The position numbers were made by a program, and so were the translations under genes. Below the pieces are notes generated by a model. The model was not told where the DNA came from. It ran no database searches and saw only the letters and a list, made by a program, of their open reading frames with translations. Below are positions 43,100 through 53,893 of a stretch of DNA of 64,000 nucleotides, piece by piece (within the stretch, counting starts at the first letter, position 1; every line of letters begins with the position of its first letter). Origin of the DNA: Caulobacteraceae bacterium (GTDB lineage Bacteria; Pseudomonadota; Alphaproteobacteria; Caulobacterales; Caulobacteraceae); assembly GCA_965284375.1 (NCBI GenBank), contig OZ260074.1, positions 1,904,237 to 1,968,236 of the forward strand, given 5' to 3'.

Positions 43100-43723
43100 G
43101 TGCGCCCGTCGCGTGTCATGCTGATCCTGGCGCTGACGATCGCGGCCCCTGTGGTCGCGGCATCGGTGCCGGCGGTCGCGACCGAACCGGTCGCGGCCGT
43201 GACGGCGGCGGACCGCAGCATCGGCCGCGCCGACGCCCCGGTGACGGTGATTGAATACGCCTCGTTCGCCTGCCACCACTGCGCGGACTGGCACACGTTC
43301 GTCTATCCGGTGTTCAAGACCCGGTTCATCGACACGGGTCAGGTCCGGCTGGTGTTCCGCAACCTGCCGACGCCGCCGGAAGAGATGTCTCTGCCGGCGG
43401 CCGCGCTGGCACGCTGCGCGGTGCCCGACCGCTTCTTCGAGGTCGCGGCCAGTCTGATGCAGGGCCAGCAAGCCGTTCTGAACGGCGGCACAGTGGACGC
43501 CTGGTATGCACCGGCCATTGCTGTCAGCGGCCGGACCCGGGCCCAGATCGACGCCTGTGCCGCGACCCCCGCGACGCGTGCGGCGATCAACCGGGACATC
43601 GACAGTGCCGTCGCCGCCGACGCCACCACCACCCCCGCCTTCTTCGTCAACGGACGCCGGGTGACGGACCGCTCTCTGGGCGGGCTGGAGGTCGCGATCC
43701 GGGCGGCCGCGCCAAGCCGTTGA
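43100..43723 (+). CDS. DsbA-family protein, second paralog
   Basis: VIEYASFACHHCA, TTPAFFVNG. Confidence 0.9.
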   Translation: MRPSRVMLILALTIAAPVVAASVPAVATEPVAAVTAADRSIGRADAPVTVIEYASFACHHCADWHTFVYPVFKTRFIDTGQVRLVFRNLPTPPEEMSLPAAALARCAVPDRFFEVAASLMQGQQAVLNGGTVDAWYAPAIAVSGRTRAQIDACAATPATRAAINRDIDSAVAADATTTPAFFVNGRRVTDRSLGGLEVAIRAAAPSR

Positions 43724-43737
43724 CCGCGTAGGAACCC

Positions 43738-46700
43738 ATGCAGTTCCAGCGCCTCCGGCTTGTGGGCTTCAAGTCCTTCGTCGATCCCGCCGAGGTGCAT
43801 ATCGAACCCGGCCTGACCGGCGTCGTCGGGCCCAACGGCTGCGGCAAGTCCAATGTGCTGGAGGGGCTGCGTTGGGTCATGGGGGCCAATTCGGCCAAGG
43901 CCATGCGCGGTCAGGGGATGGACGACGTCATCTTCGCCGGGGCCGCCGACCGGCCGCCGCGCAACCACGCCGAAGTCCAGCTGACCATAGACAACGCCCA
44001 GCGCCGGGCACCCCAGCCCTTTACCGACAGCCCGATGCTGGAGGTCTCGCGCCGCATCGACCGCGGACAGGGCTCGACCTATCGCATCAACGGCAAGGAG
44101 GTGCGCGCCCGCGACGTCCAGCTTCTGTTCGCCGACGCCTCGACCGGTGCCAACAGTCCGGCCCTCGTGCGACAGGGCCAGATCAGCGAGCTGATCGCCG
44201 CCAAGCCGCAGAACCGTCGTCGCATCCTCGAGGAAGCCGGTGGTGTCGCCGGCCTGCATACGCGCAGACACGAAGCCGAGCTGAGGCTCAAGGCCGCGGA
44301 AGCCAATCTGGAGCGGCTGGACGACATCGGCCGCGAGCTGGAGACGGCACTGACCCGTCTGAAGCGCGAGGCGCGGCAGGCCGAACGGTACAAGAAGATT
44401 TCCGCCGAGATCCGGGCCCTGCAGGCCGCCCTGCTGTTTGTGCGCTGGAACGATGCGCGCGTCATAGCCGAGGGCGCGGCCGAGGACATGGCCCAGGCCG
44501 AGCGGGCCGTAGGCGCGGCCACGACGGCCTCGAGCCGGGCGCAGACCGCCGCGCTGACGGCGCAGGAGGCGCTGAAGCCGGCGCGTGAAGAGGATGCCGT
44601 GGCCGGGGCGCTGCTGCACCGCGCCAGTCTGGAGCGCGACCGGCTGGACATGGCCGAACAGGCCGCGCGGGCCGAGGTCGAGCGGCTGACGGCAGAGACG
44701 ACCCGCATCGCCGCCGACACGATGCGCGAAACCGCCATGTCCGGCGACGCCGACAGCGAACTGGCCCGACTGGGCGAGGCCTTGGAGACCCTGACCGCCG
44801 AGATCGCCGGCGCGCCGACGCGCGGCCCGGAACTGGAAACCGCCCTCGCCGCCGCCGAGGACGCCCGCAAGGCCGCGGACGCCGAGGTCGAACGGGTGGC
44901 GGGTGCCGTGGCCTCGGTCGAGACACGGATCAATGCCGAGAGCGCCCGGAAGCGCGACGCCGAGGCGCGGGTCGCCCGGGCGGAGGCACAGCTTTCTTCA
45001 ACCGAGACCGAGCGCGCGGGACTGGGGCCGCTGGTCACCCCCGAAATCGAGGCCGCGACGGCGGCGCTGGCAGCGGCGCAGGCCGAACTGGCAGCCGCCC
45101 GGGGGGCGGTGGAAGCGGCGGAGGCCGAACGCGGCGACCGTGCGCGGGCCGAGGCCGAGGCCCGTACGGCGGCACGGGCGGCCGAGGATCGGCTGGGTCG
45201 GTTGCAGACCGAGGCGCGGGGACTGGCGCAGCTGCTGGTGCAGGGCAGGCGCGAGCACGCGCCCGCGCTGGACTGTGTGCAGGCCGACAAGGGCTATGAG
45301 GCCGCGCTGGCAGCGGCACTGGGCGACGATCTGGACGCGGCGCTGGACGCGCGGGCGGCGGCCTATTGGGCCGGGGCGGATGTCCCCGCCCCGGTCTGGT
45401 CGGACGGTGTGGAGCCGCTGGCCAACCACGTGTCGGCACCGGAGCAGCTCGCGGCCGGTCTGGCCCTGTGCGGCGTGGCTGCGGTGACCGAAATCGAGCG
45501 GCTGGCGAAGACCCTGCCCGTCGGCGCGCGGCTGGTGACGCGCGAGGGTGACCTGTGGCGCTGGGACGGCTTCGTGCAGCGCGCCGAAGCCCCCCGGCCC
45601 GCCGCGGTCCGTCTGGCACAACGGACCCGGCTGTCGGAGCTGGAAGCCGAGATCGACGCCGGCAAGCCGGCGCTGGAGGCCGCTCAGGCATCGCTGAAGG
45701 CCGCCGCCGAAGCCTTCCGCGCGGCCGAGGAGACGGTGAAGGCGGCCCGTGCGGCCCCCTTCCCGCTGGACAAGGCTGTAACGGCGGCCCGCGACCGGGT
45801 CGAGGCGCTGGGCCGCGAACAGGCGCGCAAGGAGGCCCGGGCCCAGGCGCTGGACGAAGCCCTGACCCGGCTGGGTGCCGAGGTCGAGGCGGCGCGGGCG
45901 GCGCTGGACCAGGCGCAGGGATCGGACGCCCCGTCGGAAACACTGGACGCCCTGCGCGCCGAACTGACGGCGGCGCGGTCGGCGGCGGATGCAGCGCGCG
46001 GCGCGGCGGCGACGGCCCGGGTCGAACGCGACACCGAAGCCCGCGAGGTCGCCGGTCGTCAGGCGCGGCGGGACGGCCTGACCCGCGAACGCGACGGCTG
46101 GGCCGGGCGGGCCCGGGAGTCCAAGGCCCGGATCGGTTCGCTCGGAAAGGATGCGGAAAAGGCGTCCGCAGCGTTGAAGGCCGCAGGCGACGCGCCGGAC
46201 CGGCTGGCGGCGCAGCGATCGTCGCTGCTGGACGCCCTGACCATCGCCGAGACACGCCGCAAGTCGGCCGGCGACGCGCTTGCCCTCGCTGAGGGCGCGG
46301 CCGGCGAGGCGGACCGGGCCGCCCGCGCGGCCGAGGCGGAGGCGTCGGCGGCACGCGAGGCCCGGGCCGGCCTGGCGGCGCGGTCGGACGCGGCGGGGGA
46401 GCGGCTGGCTGAAGCCGAGCACAATTTGCGCGAGACAGCCGGGATGTCTCCGGCGGAACTGGGCCAGAAGCTGACGGACGACGCCATCGCCCGCCCGCCG
46501 GATGCGGCCGGGGCCGAGAGCCTGCTGTTTGGACTGGAGCGCGAACGGGAGGCGCTGGGCGCGGTCAACCTGCTGGCCGAGGAAGAGGCGATCGAATACG
46601 GCGACCGGCTGAACACCATGCGGGTCGAGCGCAGCGACCTGACCTCGGCCATCGCCAAACTGCGTGACGGGATCGACGAGCTGAACGCCGAGGGCCGCGA

Positions 46701-47178
46701 GCGGCTGGTCGCCGCCTTCGACATCATCAACGACAATTTCAAAAGCCTGTTCGAGGCCCTGTTCGGCGGCGGCCAGGCCGAGCTGAAACTGGTCGAGAGC
46801 GACGATCCGCTGGAGGCGGGGCTGGAGATCTACGCCTGCCCGCCCGGCAAGCGGCTGGCGGTGATGAGCCTGATGTCGGGCGGCGAGCAGGCCCTGACGG
46901 CGGCGGCCCTGATCTTCGCCGTCTTCCTGGCCAATCCGGCCCCGGTCTGCGTGCTGGACGAGGTCGACGCCCCGCTGGACGACGCCAATGTCGACCGCTT
47001 CTGCCGCATGCTGGACGAGATGCGGAAGCGCACAGACACCCGCTTCATCGTCATCACCCACAATCCGGTGACCATGAGCCGGATGGACCGCCTCTACGGC
47101 GTGACCATGCCCGAGCGGGGGGTGTCCCAGCTGGTCAGCGTGGACCTGGGGCAGGCGGAAGAAATCGTGGCCGCCTAG
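43738..47178 (+). CDS. smc: Chromosome segregation protein SMC
   Basis: [15 protein letters not shown], long coiled coils, [21 protein letters not shown]; 1146 aa. Confidence 0.98.
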   Translation: MQFQRLRLVGFKSFVDPAEVHIEPGLTGVVGPNGCGKSNVLEGLRWVMGANSAKAMRGQGMDDVIFAGAADRPPRNHAEVQLTIDNAQRRAPQPFTDSPMLEVSRRIDRGQGSTYRINGKEVRARDVQLLFADASTGANSPALVRQGQISELIAAKPQNRRRILEEAGGVAGLHTRRHEAELRLKAAEANLERLDDIGRELETALTRLKREARQAERYKKISAEIRALQAALLFVRWNDARVIAEGAAEDMAQAERAVGAATTASSRAQTAALTAQEALKPAREEDAVAGALLHRASLERDRLDMAEQAARAEVERLTAETTRIAADTMRETAMSGDADSELARLGEALETLTAEIAGAPTRGPELETALAAAEDARKAADAEVERVAGAVASVETRINAESARKRDAEARVARAEAQLSSTETERAGLGPLVTPEIEAATAALAAAQAELAAARGAVEAAEAERGDRARAEAEARTAARAAEDRLGRLQTEARGLAQLLVQGRREHAPALDCVQADKGYEAALAAALGDDLDAALDARAAAYWAGADVPAPVWSDGVEPLANHVSAPEQLAAGLALCGVAAVTEIERLAKTLPVGARLVTREGDLWRWDGFVQRAEAPRPAAVRLAQRTRLSELEAEIDAGKPALEAAQASLKAAAEAFRAAEETVKAARAAPFPLDKAVTAARDRVEALGREQARKEARAQALDEALTRLGAEVEAARAALDQAQGSDAPSETLDALRAELTAARSAADAARGAAATARVERDTEAREVAGRQARRDGLTRERDGWAGRARESKARIGSLGKDAEKASAALKAAGDAPDRLAAQRSSLLDALTIAETRRKSAGDALALAEGAAGEADRAARAAEAEASAAREARAGLAARSDAAGERLAEAEHNLRETAGMSPAELGQKLTDDAIARPPDAAGAESLLFGLEREREALGAVNLLAEEEAIEYGDRLNTMRVERSDLTSAIAKLRDGIDELNAEGRERLVAAFDIINDNFKSLFEALFGGGQAELKLVESDDPLEAGLEIYACPPGKRLAVMSLMSGGEQALTAAALIFAVFLANPAPVCVLDEVDAPLDDANVDRFCRMLDEMRKRTDTRFIVITHNPVTMSRMDRLYGVTMPERGVSQLVSVDLGQAEEIVAA

Positions 47179-47900
47179 CGCGAGCCCATAAGTTCGGTCT
47201 TTACGAACCAGCCGAAGATCGCCGGGCCCTCGATGACATAGCGGCGGAACATGCGGCGCGGCTGGCTCAGCAGGCGGTGAAGCCATTCCAGCGACAAGGT
47301 CTGGAAGATGCGGGGGGCGCGCTGCTGGCGGCCGGTGAGGAAATCCACCGAGGCGCCGACGCACAGGGTCACACCGGTCTTGCGGCCCGCGGCGCGCAGA
47401 GCGTGGGCGAACAGCTCCTGTTTGGGGAAGGAGACGCAGGCCAGCAGGACGTCCCATTCGGCATCAGCGGCGGCCTTGACGGCGGCGCTCCAGCCGGGCG
47501 TCCCGGGCGTCAGCATGGGGGCCTCGATCCAGCACAGGGTCTGCCGCGGATAGCGGGCGGCCAGATCTTCAAAGGCCGCGCGGTCGGGGCCGAAGACGGC
47601 GATAACCAGACCCTCTGCGGCGGGCGAGGCCAGCAGGTCGGCGGTCATGTCCGAGCCCGGATAGACCGGCAGGGCGACGCCACGCAGACGGGCCAGATGC
47701 GAGAGGATGCGGCTGTCGCAGATCTTCAGCCCGGCCGCCTCATAGACATCGCGCGGAACGCGGCCGTCCATCAGCTTGATGACGTGATCGACATTGGGGG
47801 TGACGACATAGCCATAGGTGCCGCGCGCCATGCCGATGACGCGGTTGAGCATCGCGGGCCGGTCGCCGCCGGCGAAGTCGAGCGTCATGAAGCGCGTCAT
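47175..47900 (-). CDS. WecB/TagA/CpsF family glycosyltransferase
   Basis: [49 protein letters not shown]. Confidence 0.92.
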   Translation of the reverse strand: MTRFMTLDFAGGDRPAMLNRVIGMARGTYGYVVTPNVDHVIKLMDGRVPRDVYEAAGLKICDSRILSHLARLRGVALPVYPGSDMTADLLASPAAEGLVIAVFGPDRAAFEDLAARYPRQTLCWIEAPMLTPGTPGWSAAVKAAADAEWDVLLACVSFPKQELFAHALRAAGRKTGVTLCVGASVDFLTGRQQRAPRIFQTLSLEWLHRLLSQPRRMFRRYVIEGPAIFGWFVKTELMGSR

Positions 47901-47948
47901 GACGATCAGTCTAGTCGCCCTGCGGTCAACGCCGGGTTACGATGGCAC

Positions 47949-48431
47949 ATGAAAAACGCCCTTCAGACGATTGTTGCGGGCCTCATGCTCCTGGCCGGTC
48001 CAGCTTGGGCCCGGGCCGAGGGGCCGCAGGCGGAGAGGCCGCGGCTGGTGCTGACCGGGGTGGGCCGGTTCGCGGTTCTGGCGGACCTGTCGACCGTCTC
48101 GCGGACCGGTGACACGGTCCGGATGCGCAGCCTCCAGGTTACGGAAGAGGCGTTTCAGGCTGCCGGTCAGGCCTATTGGGGCGGATGGTCGTGGTGGGCC
48201 TTCGACTGCGCGGCGCGGACCGCCGACCGGCTGGATTTCGCCGCGGTGCGTGAGGGCGGGGCCGAGGGACCGGCGACTGCCGACACCGCCCCGGCCTATC
48301 CGGCGGCGGCGGGCGGCGATGCGGCGGAATTGCTCGCGGTCGCCTGCGATCCCGCATCCGCCGGCGCGGCGGACGCCGACACCCTGGCCGATGCCGTTCG
48401 CGTGGGACGCGCAGCGCTGGTCGCCCCATAA
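47949..48431 (+). CDS. Secreted hypothetical protein
   Basis: Signal peptide (PAWARA); WAFDCAART...AVAC pattern. Confidence 0.7.
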   Translation: MKNALQTIVAGLMLLAGPAWARAEGPQAERPRLVLTGVGRFAVLADLSTVSRTGDTVRMRSLQVTEEAFQAAGQAYWGGWSWWAFDCAARTADRLDFAAVREGGAEGPATADTAPAYPAAAGGDAAELLAVACDPASAGAADADTLADAVRVGRAALVAP

Positions 48432-48514
48432 CCGCACATTGAATATTGAATTCAAGCGCTTCCGGGACTCGCACATCGCCGTTTTTCGGACATAATCGGC
48501 TGCGGGAGGCTTGG

Positions 48515-48988
48515 ATGAAAACACTCGCACTTTGTCTTGCCGTGGCGACCGCCGTGGCCATGCCCGCGACCGTCCACGCACAGGACGTCACCCCGGGCCC
48601 GGACGAGCCGATGCGGCAGATCTTCCAGGTGCCGGGCGTCGTCGCCTTCATGACCCAGCCAAGGCCGGTCGAGACGGGACACAAACAGGCCTGGACCTGG
48701 CTGTTTCTGAAACAGCCGATCGCCAACGGCGCGAACGCCCTGGCGATGGAATGGGATGTCGATTGCACCGCCGGGACCGTGCACACCGTGCGCACCGCCG
48801 TCTATCAGGATGCGACCCACATGCGGACGGATCCCGGACCGGCGGCGGCGGCGGCCCCTGCGGCCGGCACGCCCGGTGCCATAACCATGGGTGCCGTCTG
48901 TTCGACCGAGCGTCCGCGAACCCGGCCCGTGGCCAATCTGGCGCTGGCGCGTGCTTCGGCTGCGCAAATGTTCGCGGCCCAGCCCTGA
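48515..48988 (+). CDS. Secreted hypothetical protein
   Basis: RBS ggagg; signal peptide (VHAQ); WDVDCTAGT...GAVC pattern. Confidence 0.72.
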   Translation: MKTLALCLAVATAVAMPATVHAQDVTPGPDEPMRQIFQVPGVVAFMTQPRPVETGHKQAWTWLFLKQPIANGANALAMEWDVDCTAGTVHTVRTAVYQDATHMRTDPGPAAAAAPAAGTPGAITMGAVCSTERPRTRPVANLALARASAAQMFAAQP

Positions 48989-48992
48989 CGGG

Positions 48993-50087
48993 TCAGGCCG
49001 GCCGGACCGACGCCTCGACCCTGTCGGCAAGGGCCCGCGTCGCATCCGGCAGGGCGGCGGACCGGGTGCCCGCGCTCATGGCGGACAGGCGGGCGGGATC
49101 TGACAGCAGGGACAGCAGGGCACCGGTCAGGGCCTGAACGGTCACCTCGTCCTCCAGCAGCACCTCCGCGCCGCCGGCTTCCGCGAGGCTGAGGGCGTTG
49201 AAGCGCTGGTGGTCGTCCATGGCGATCTTCAGCGGGATCAGCAGCGACGGCACGGCGGCCACCGCCAGCTCGGAACAGGTCGAGGCCCCGGCCCGGCCGA
49301 TGACCAGATGCGCCGCCGACAGCCGTTGCGCCATGTCGCGGAAGAAGGGCGCGACCTCGGCACGGATCCCCGCCTCCAGATAGATCTGTTGCGCCGCCTC
49401 GAGGGTTTCGGCCCGGGCCTGCTGCTGCACCTGCAGCCGGGCGCGGATCGGCTCGGGCAAGGCCGCCAGAGCGCGCGGGGCTGTCTCGGCGAGAATGCGG
49501 GCCCCCTGGCTGCCGCCCGTGACCAGCACATGGATAGGGCCGTCGGACGTCGGCGGGGTCCAGACGCGATCGTACAGGGCGCGAATGTCGGGACGGACGG
49601 GGTTACCGATCAGGGAGACCCGCGCATCCAGTCCCCGCGGCACCTTCTGCAGATGGGGGAAGGACGACGCGACCGCTCCGACATAGGGGGCCAGCCAGCG
49701 GTTGGTGCGGCCGAGCACGGCGTTCTGCTCGTGCAGCAGGGTCGGGCGGCGCTGGCTGAGCGCGGCCAGCAGGGCCGGGGCGGACGGATAGCCGCCGAAA
49801 CCGACCACCACGGCGGCGTCGAGCCGGTTCAGCGCCTTGCGGGCTTTCAGCACCCCGCGGGCGATGGCCACGCCGGCCTTCGCCATGCCGATCGGCCCGC
49901 GCCCGGTGGCAGCATCCAGCGCAATCCGTTCCTCGGCGGGGAAGTCATGGGCATAGGCCTCGCCGCGATGGTCGGTGGCCAGGACGATCCGCCAGCCACG
50001 CGCCTGAAGCTCGCGCGACAGGGCTTCGGCGGGAAACATATGCCCCCCGGTGCCCCCGGCGGCGACGACGCAGACTTTCGACGACAT
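48993..50087 (-). CDS. murG: MurG glycosyltransferase
   Basis: AAGGTGGHMFPA, GFGGYPS, HEQNAVLG, TGGSQGA, RAGAST. Confidence 0.97.
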   Translation of the reverse strand: MSSKVCVVAAGGTGGHMFPAEALSRELQARGWRIVLATDHRGEAYAHDFPAEERIALDAATGRGPIGMAKAGVAIARGVLKARKALNRLDAAVVVGFGGYPSAPALLAALSQRRPTLLHEQNAVLGRTNRWLAPYVGAVASSFPHLQKVPRGLDARVSLIGNPVRPDIRALYDRVWTPPTSDGPIHVLVTGGSQGARILAETAPRALAALPEPIRARLQVQQQARAETLEAAQQIYLEAGIRAEVAPFFRDMAQRLSAAHLVIGRAGASTCSELAVAAVPSLLIPLKIAMDDHQRFNALSLAEAGGAEVLLEDEVTVQALTGALLSLLSDPARLSAMSAGTRSAALPDATRALADRVEASVRPA

Positions 50088-50095
50088 GACGGCCC

Positions 50096-51271
50096 TTACG
50101 GCAAGATGCGCCGGCCCTGGGGCAGGCTGGCCCCCGGCTCGTAGGCGCCAGGGCGGCGGCGGGTCAAGGCCAGGGCCAGTCCCATGGTCAGCCCCATGGC
50201 CAGCATGGATGAGCCGCCATAGCTGATGAAGGGCAGCGTCATCCCCTTGGTCGGGATCAGGTTCAGATTGACCGCGATATTGATGCTGGCCTGCAGGCCG
50301 ATCAGCATGAACAGGCCCGCCGCCGCCGTCTGCTCGAACGGATCGGTCAGCTTCATCGCCCGGCGCATGCCGCGGACGACGATGAAGGCGTAGAGCGAGA
50401 TCATGGCCAGCGAGAGCACCAGGCCAAACTCCTCGGCCCCGACGGAATAGATGAAGTCGGTGTGCAGGTCGGGCACCGACCGTTTCATCACGCCCTCGCC
50501 GACGCCACGCCCGACCAGACCGCCGGCGCGGATGGCCTCTGAGGCGCGGTCGATCTGATGGGTGTCGGTGGTCTCGGGCGAGAAGAAGCGGCTGAGCCGG
50601 TCGCGCATGTGGCTGAAAGCGAAATACAGGCCGACGACCCCGGCGGCCCCGGCGGCGGCGAGGGCGGCCACCCATTTCAACGGCACTCCGGCCATGAAGA
50701 AGACGGCCATGAAGGTGGTGGTGATCAACAGGGTCTGGCCGATGTCGGGCTGGATCAGCAGCAGGCCGACGGTCAGGGCCCAGGCCGCAAAGGCAATGCT
50801 GACGCCAGGCACGCCCTTGCCCTTCTGGGCCTCGGAGAACATCCAGGCCGCGACGACGATCAGCGAAGGCTTGGCGAACTCGGACGGCTGCAGGCTGAAC
50901 GGGCCCAGGTTCACCCAGCGCGCCGCGCCCTTCACCTCACTGCCGATGAACGGCAGGGCGGCCATGACGACGATGGCGCCGAGCAATCCCAGCAGGGCGA
51001 TCCGGCGGACTCCGCGCGGCGACAACAGGGACGTTGTCATCATGATCACCAGACCCATCGAGGCCCAGATGATCATCCGCCAGGAATAGTGGAAGGGGTC
51101 CGTGATGGACTGGTCCGCGAGAATGGCGGCCGGGCTGGAGGCGAAGCTCAGCGACACGCCCAGCGCCACCAGCGTCAGCGCCGCCGCCAGAAGGCCGCGG
51201 TCGACGGTCCAGAACCATTTGGCCAGCGGGCTCTGGTCGTTGCGCGAAAAGGCGGGGCTGTAGTCGGTCAT
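50096..51271 (-). CDS. ftsW: Cell division protein FtsW
   Basis: KGAARW, QPSEFAKP, QPDIGQ, PDLHTDFIYSVGAEEFG, PTKGMTLPFISYGGSS. Confidence 0.97.
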   Translation of the reverse strand: MTDYSPAFSRNDQSPLAKWFWTVDRGLLAAALTLVALGVSLSFASSPAAILADQSITDPFHYSWRMIIWASMGLVIMMTTSLLSPRGVRRIALLGLLGAIVVMAALPFIGSEVKGAARWVNLGPFSLQPSEFAKPSLIVVAAWMFSEAQKGKGVPGVSIAFAAWALTVGLLLIQPDIGQTLLITTTFMAVFFMAGVPLKWVAALAAAGAAGVVGLYFAFSHMRDRLSRFFSPETTDTHQIDRASEAIRAGGLVGRGVGEGVMKRSVPDLHTDFIYSVGAEEFGLVLSLAMISLYAFIVVRGMRRAMKLTDPFEQTAAAGLFMLIGLQASINIAVNLNLIPTKGMTLPFISYGGSSMLAMGLTMGLALALTRRRPGAYEPGASLPQGRRILP

Positions 51272-52770
51272 GATGCGCTCGCGGCGGTCGCGCCCAAGGC
51301 GAGGACGGCGGCGCGGAACGCCTCGCCCCGCGCCTCGAAGTCAGGGTACTGGTCGAAGCTGGCACTGGCGGGGGACAGCAGAACGACCTCCTCGCGGCCC
51401 GTCGCGGCGGCGGCCTCGGCGGCGGCCTTCACGGCACTGGCCATGTCGCCGCTGATCCGGTGCGGTGTGTCCCCCAGACGGGCGGCAAAGGGTCCGGCCG
51501 CCTCGCCGATCAGGAAGGCCTCAACGACGCGGGGGAACAGGTCTTCCAGATCATCGATACCGCCGGCCTTGGCCCGCCCGCCGGCGATCCAGAAGCTGCG
51601 CGGATAGGAGGACAGCGCCTGCCGCGCGGCGTCGGCGTTGGTGGCCTTGGAGTCATTGATGAAGCGGACGTGGCCCAGGCGGCCGACCTCTTCCATGCGA
51701 TGGGCGAGGCCGGGGAAGGACATGAGACCTTGGACGGCTGCGTCGTGGGGCACGCCGAGCGCACGCGCGGCCGCGTAGGCGAAGGCGGCGTTCTGAGCGT
51801 TGTGGCGGCCGGGGAGAGAGCGGGCGTTGGACAGGTCTATGCCTGGCTCGCCCCCGATCTTCAGCATGCCGTCGCCGGCCTCAATCCCGTGCATCCCCGC
51901 GAAGGCGGGGACCCAGGCTTTGGCCTCACCATCGCTGTCCGAACGTCCGTCAGATACTCGGTCGGGGTCGGCGTCGCCGCTCAAACCTGGGTCCCCGCCT
52001 TCGCGGGGATGCACGGATGTGGAGATGGTCGTGACATGGCGATCAGCGGTGGCGAGGTCAGCGGCGATCGTTTGCCCCCAGCGCTCATCTATTCCCGCCA
52101 GCGCCAGCCCGTCAGGCCCCTGCGCCTGAAAAATCCGCGCCTTGGCCGCGACATAGCCCTCCATGCCGCCGTGCCGGTCCAGATGGTCCGGGCTGATGTT
52201 GGTCAGGATGGCCACGTCCGGGGCGAACGTGCTCGTCAGGTCCAGCTGATAGCTCGACACCTCGATCACATAGACCGCGCCCCGCGTCGGCACCGGCAGG
52301 GCCAGCACGCCGATGCCGATGTTGCCGCCGACGTGAACCGTGAGGCCGGCCTGTCTCAGAACCCAGCCGATCAGGGCCGTGGTGGTCGACTTGCCGTTGG
52401 TGCCGGTGATGGCGACCACCCTGGGCCGCTCGCCTTCCGGCAGGGCCGCGATCGCGCGGGCGAACAGCTCGACATCACCGAGAACCTCGACGCCCGCCGC
52501 CCTGGCCTTGCCGACGGTCCAGTGCGGTTTCGGGTGGGTCAGCGGCGCGCCCGGCGACAGCACCAGGGCCGCGAACCCCGACCAGTCGGCGCCCGTCAGG
52601 TCCTCGACCGCGAGCCCTTCGGCCTCGGCCTGCATCCGGCTGGAGACGCTGTCGTCCCACAGCACCGGCAGGGCCCCGCCGGCCTTGAGCGCGCGGGCCG
52701 CCGTCAGTCCCGACCGTCCCAGGCCGAAGACCGCGATGCGCCGCCCTTCAAAGCCGGGAACGGGGATCAT
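51268..52770 (-). CDS. murD: UDP-MurNAc-L-Ala:D-Glu ligase, with an internal REP-derived insertion
   Basis: VFGLGRSG, ITGTNGKSTT, EVSSYQL, HLDRHG, NDSKATN, LSPASASFDQ. Confidence 0.97.
   Translation of the reverse strand: MIPVPGFEGRRIAVFGLGRSGLTAARALKAGGALPVLWDDSVSSRMQAEAEGLAVEDLTGADWSGFAALVLSPGAPLTHPKPHWTVGKARAAGVEVLGDVELFARAIAALPEGERPRVVAITGTNGKSTTTALIGWVLRQAGLTVHVGGNIGIGVLALPVPTRGAVYVIEVSSYQLDLTSTFAPDVAILTNISPDHLDRHGGMEGYVAAKARIFQAQGPDGLALAGIDERWGQTIAADLATADRHVTTISTSVHPREGGDPGLSGDADPDRVSDGRSDSDGEAKAWVPAFAGMHGIEAGDGMLKIGGEPGIDLSNARSLPGRHNAQNAAFAYAAARALGVPHDAAVQGLMSFPGLAHRMEEVGRLGHVRFINDSKATNADAARQALSSYPRSFWIAGGRAKAGGIDDLEDLFPRVVEAFLIGEAAGPFAARLGDTPHRISGDMASAVKAAAEAAAATGREEVVLLSPASASFDQYPDFEARGEAFRAAVLALGATAASAS
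51887..52016. repeat. Intact REP doublet inserted in frame in murD
   Basis: Perfect 31-bp inverted repeat (51887-51917 and 51986-52016) around a 68-bp spacer; translated as VHPREGGDPG...AWVPAFAGMHG. Confidence 0.93.
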
Positions 52771-52774
52771 CGCG

Positions 52775-53884
52775 CTATCGCAGCTTCAGGGTGGCGAGGC
52801 CGGCGAGCGCCAACATGGCCGAGACGATCCAGAAGCGGATGACGACGGTGGATTCCGGCCAGCCCATCTTCTCGAAATGGTGGTGGATCGGGGCCATCAG
52901 GAAGATGCGCTTTTTGGTAGCCTTGAAATAGGCGACCTGGATCATGACCGAGGCGGCCTCGATGACGAACAGGCCGCCGACGATGCCCAGAACCAGCTCG
53001 TGCTTGGTGGCCACGGCGATGGCACCCAGCGCGCCGCCGAGGGCCAGCGACCCGGTGTCACCCATGAAGATCTTGGCCGGCGGGGCATTATACCAGAGGA
53101 AGCCCGTGCCCGCGCCGATGATGGCGGCGCAGAAGATGGCCAGCTCGCCCGAGCCCGGCACATGGTGGACGCCCAGATAGTCCGAGAAGATGAAGTTGCC
53201 GACCAGATAGCTGATGATTCCGAACGCCCCCGCGGCCATCATCACCGGCACGATGGCCAGGCCGTCCAGCCCGTCGGTCAGGTTCACCGCATTGGAGAAA
53301 CCCACCAGGGTGAAGGCGGCGAACAGGACGTAGAACCAGCCCACGTTCAGCAGCACGGCCTTGAAGAAGGGGAAGGCGATCGAGGTCTCGAGGTTGGGCG
53401 TGGTCGGCGAGGCGGTCATCCACAGCACGGTCATGACCCCGGCGATGACCGAGACGATGACCTGGGCCACCAGCTTCTGTTTGGAGGTCAGGCCGGCCGA
53501 GGTCTGTTTGGTCACCTTGGCGTAGTCGTCGATGAAGCCCAGCACGCCGAAGGCCGCCGTGACGAAGCTGACGATCCAGATGTAGGGATTGGTCAGGTCG
53601 CCCCACAGCAGCACGGCCACGGCGATGCCCGCCAGGATCATCAGTCCACCCATGGTCGGCGTGCCGACCTTGGACAGGTGCGACACCGGGCCGTCGGCGC
53701 GGATCGGCTGGCCCTTGCCCTGTTTGACCCGCATCCAGGCGATGAACCGGCTGCCCATGGCGACCGAGACGATCATGGCCGTGGCCATGGCCAGCGCCAC
53801 CCGCACCGTCTGGTACTGGACCAGGTTGAGCAGCGGGTAGTCCTTCGCGATGTCCGCGTAGTGGAGATAGAGCAGGTAGAACAT
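52775..53884 (-). CDS. mraY: Phospho-MurNAc-pentapeptide transferase
   Basis: [37 protein letters not shown]. Confidence 0.98.
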   Translation of the reverse strand: MFYLLYLHYADIAKDYPLLNLVQYQTVRVALAMATAMIVSVAMGSRFIAWMRVKQGKGQPIRADGPVSHLSKVGTPTMGGLMILAGIAVAVLLWGDLTNPYIWIVSFVTAAFGVLGFIDDYAKVTKQTSAGLTSKQKLVAQVIVSVIAGVMTVLWMTASPTTPNLETSIAFPFFKAVLLNVGWFYVLFAAFTLVGFSNAVNLTDGLDGLAIVPVMMAAGAFGIISYLVGNFIFSDYLGVHHVPGSGELAIFCAAIIGAGTGFLWYNAPPAKIFMGDTGSLALGGALGAIAVATKHELVLGIVGGLFVIEAASVMIQVAYFKATKKRIFLMAPIHHHFEKMGWPESTVVIRFWIVSAMLALAGLATLKLR

Positions 53885-53893
53885 CTTGTTTCC

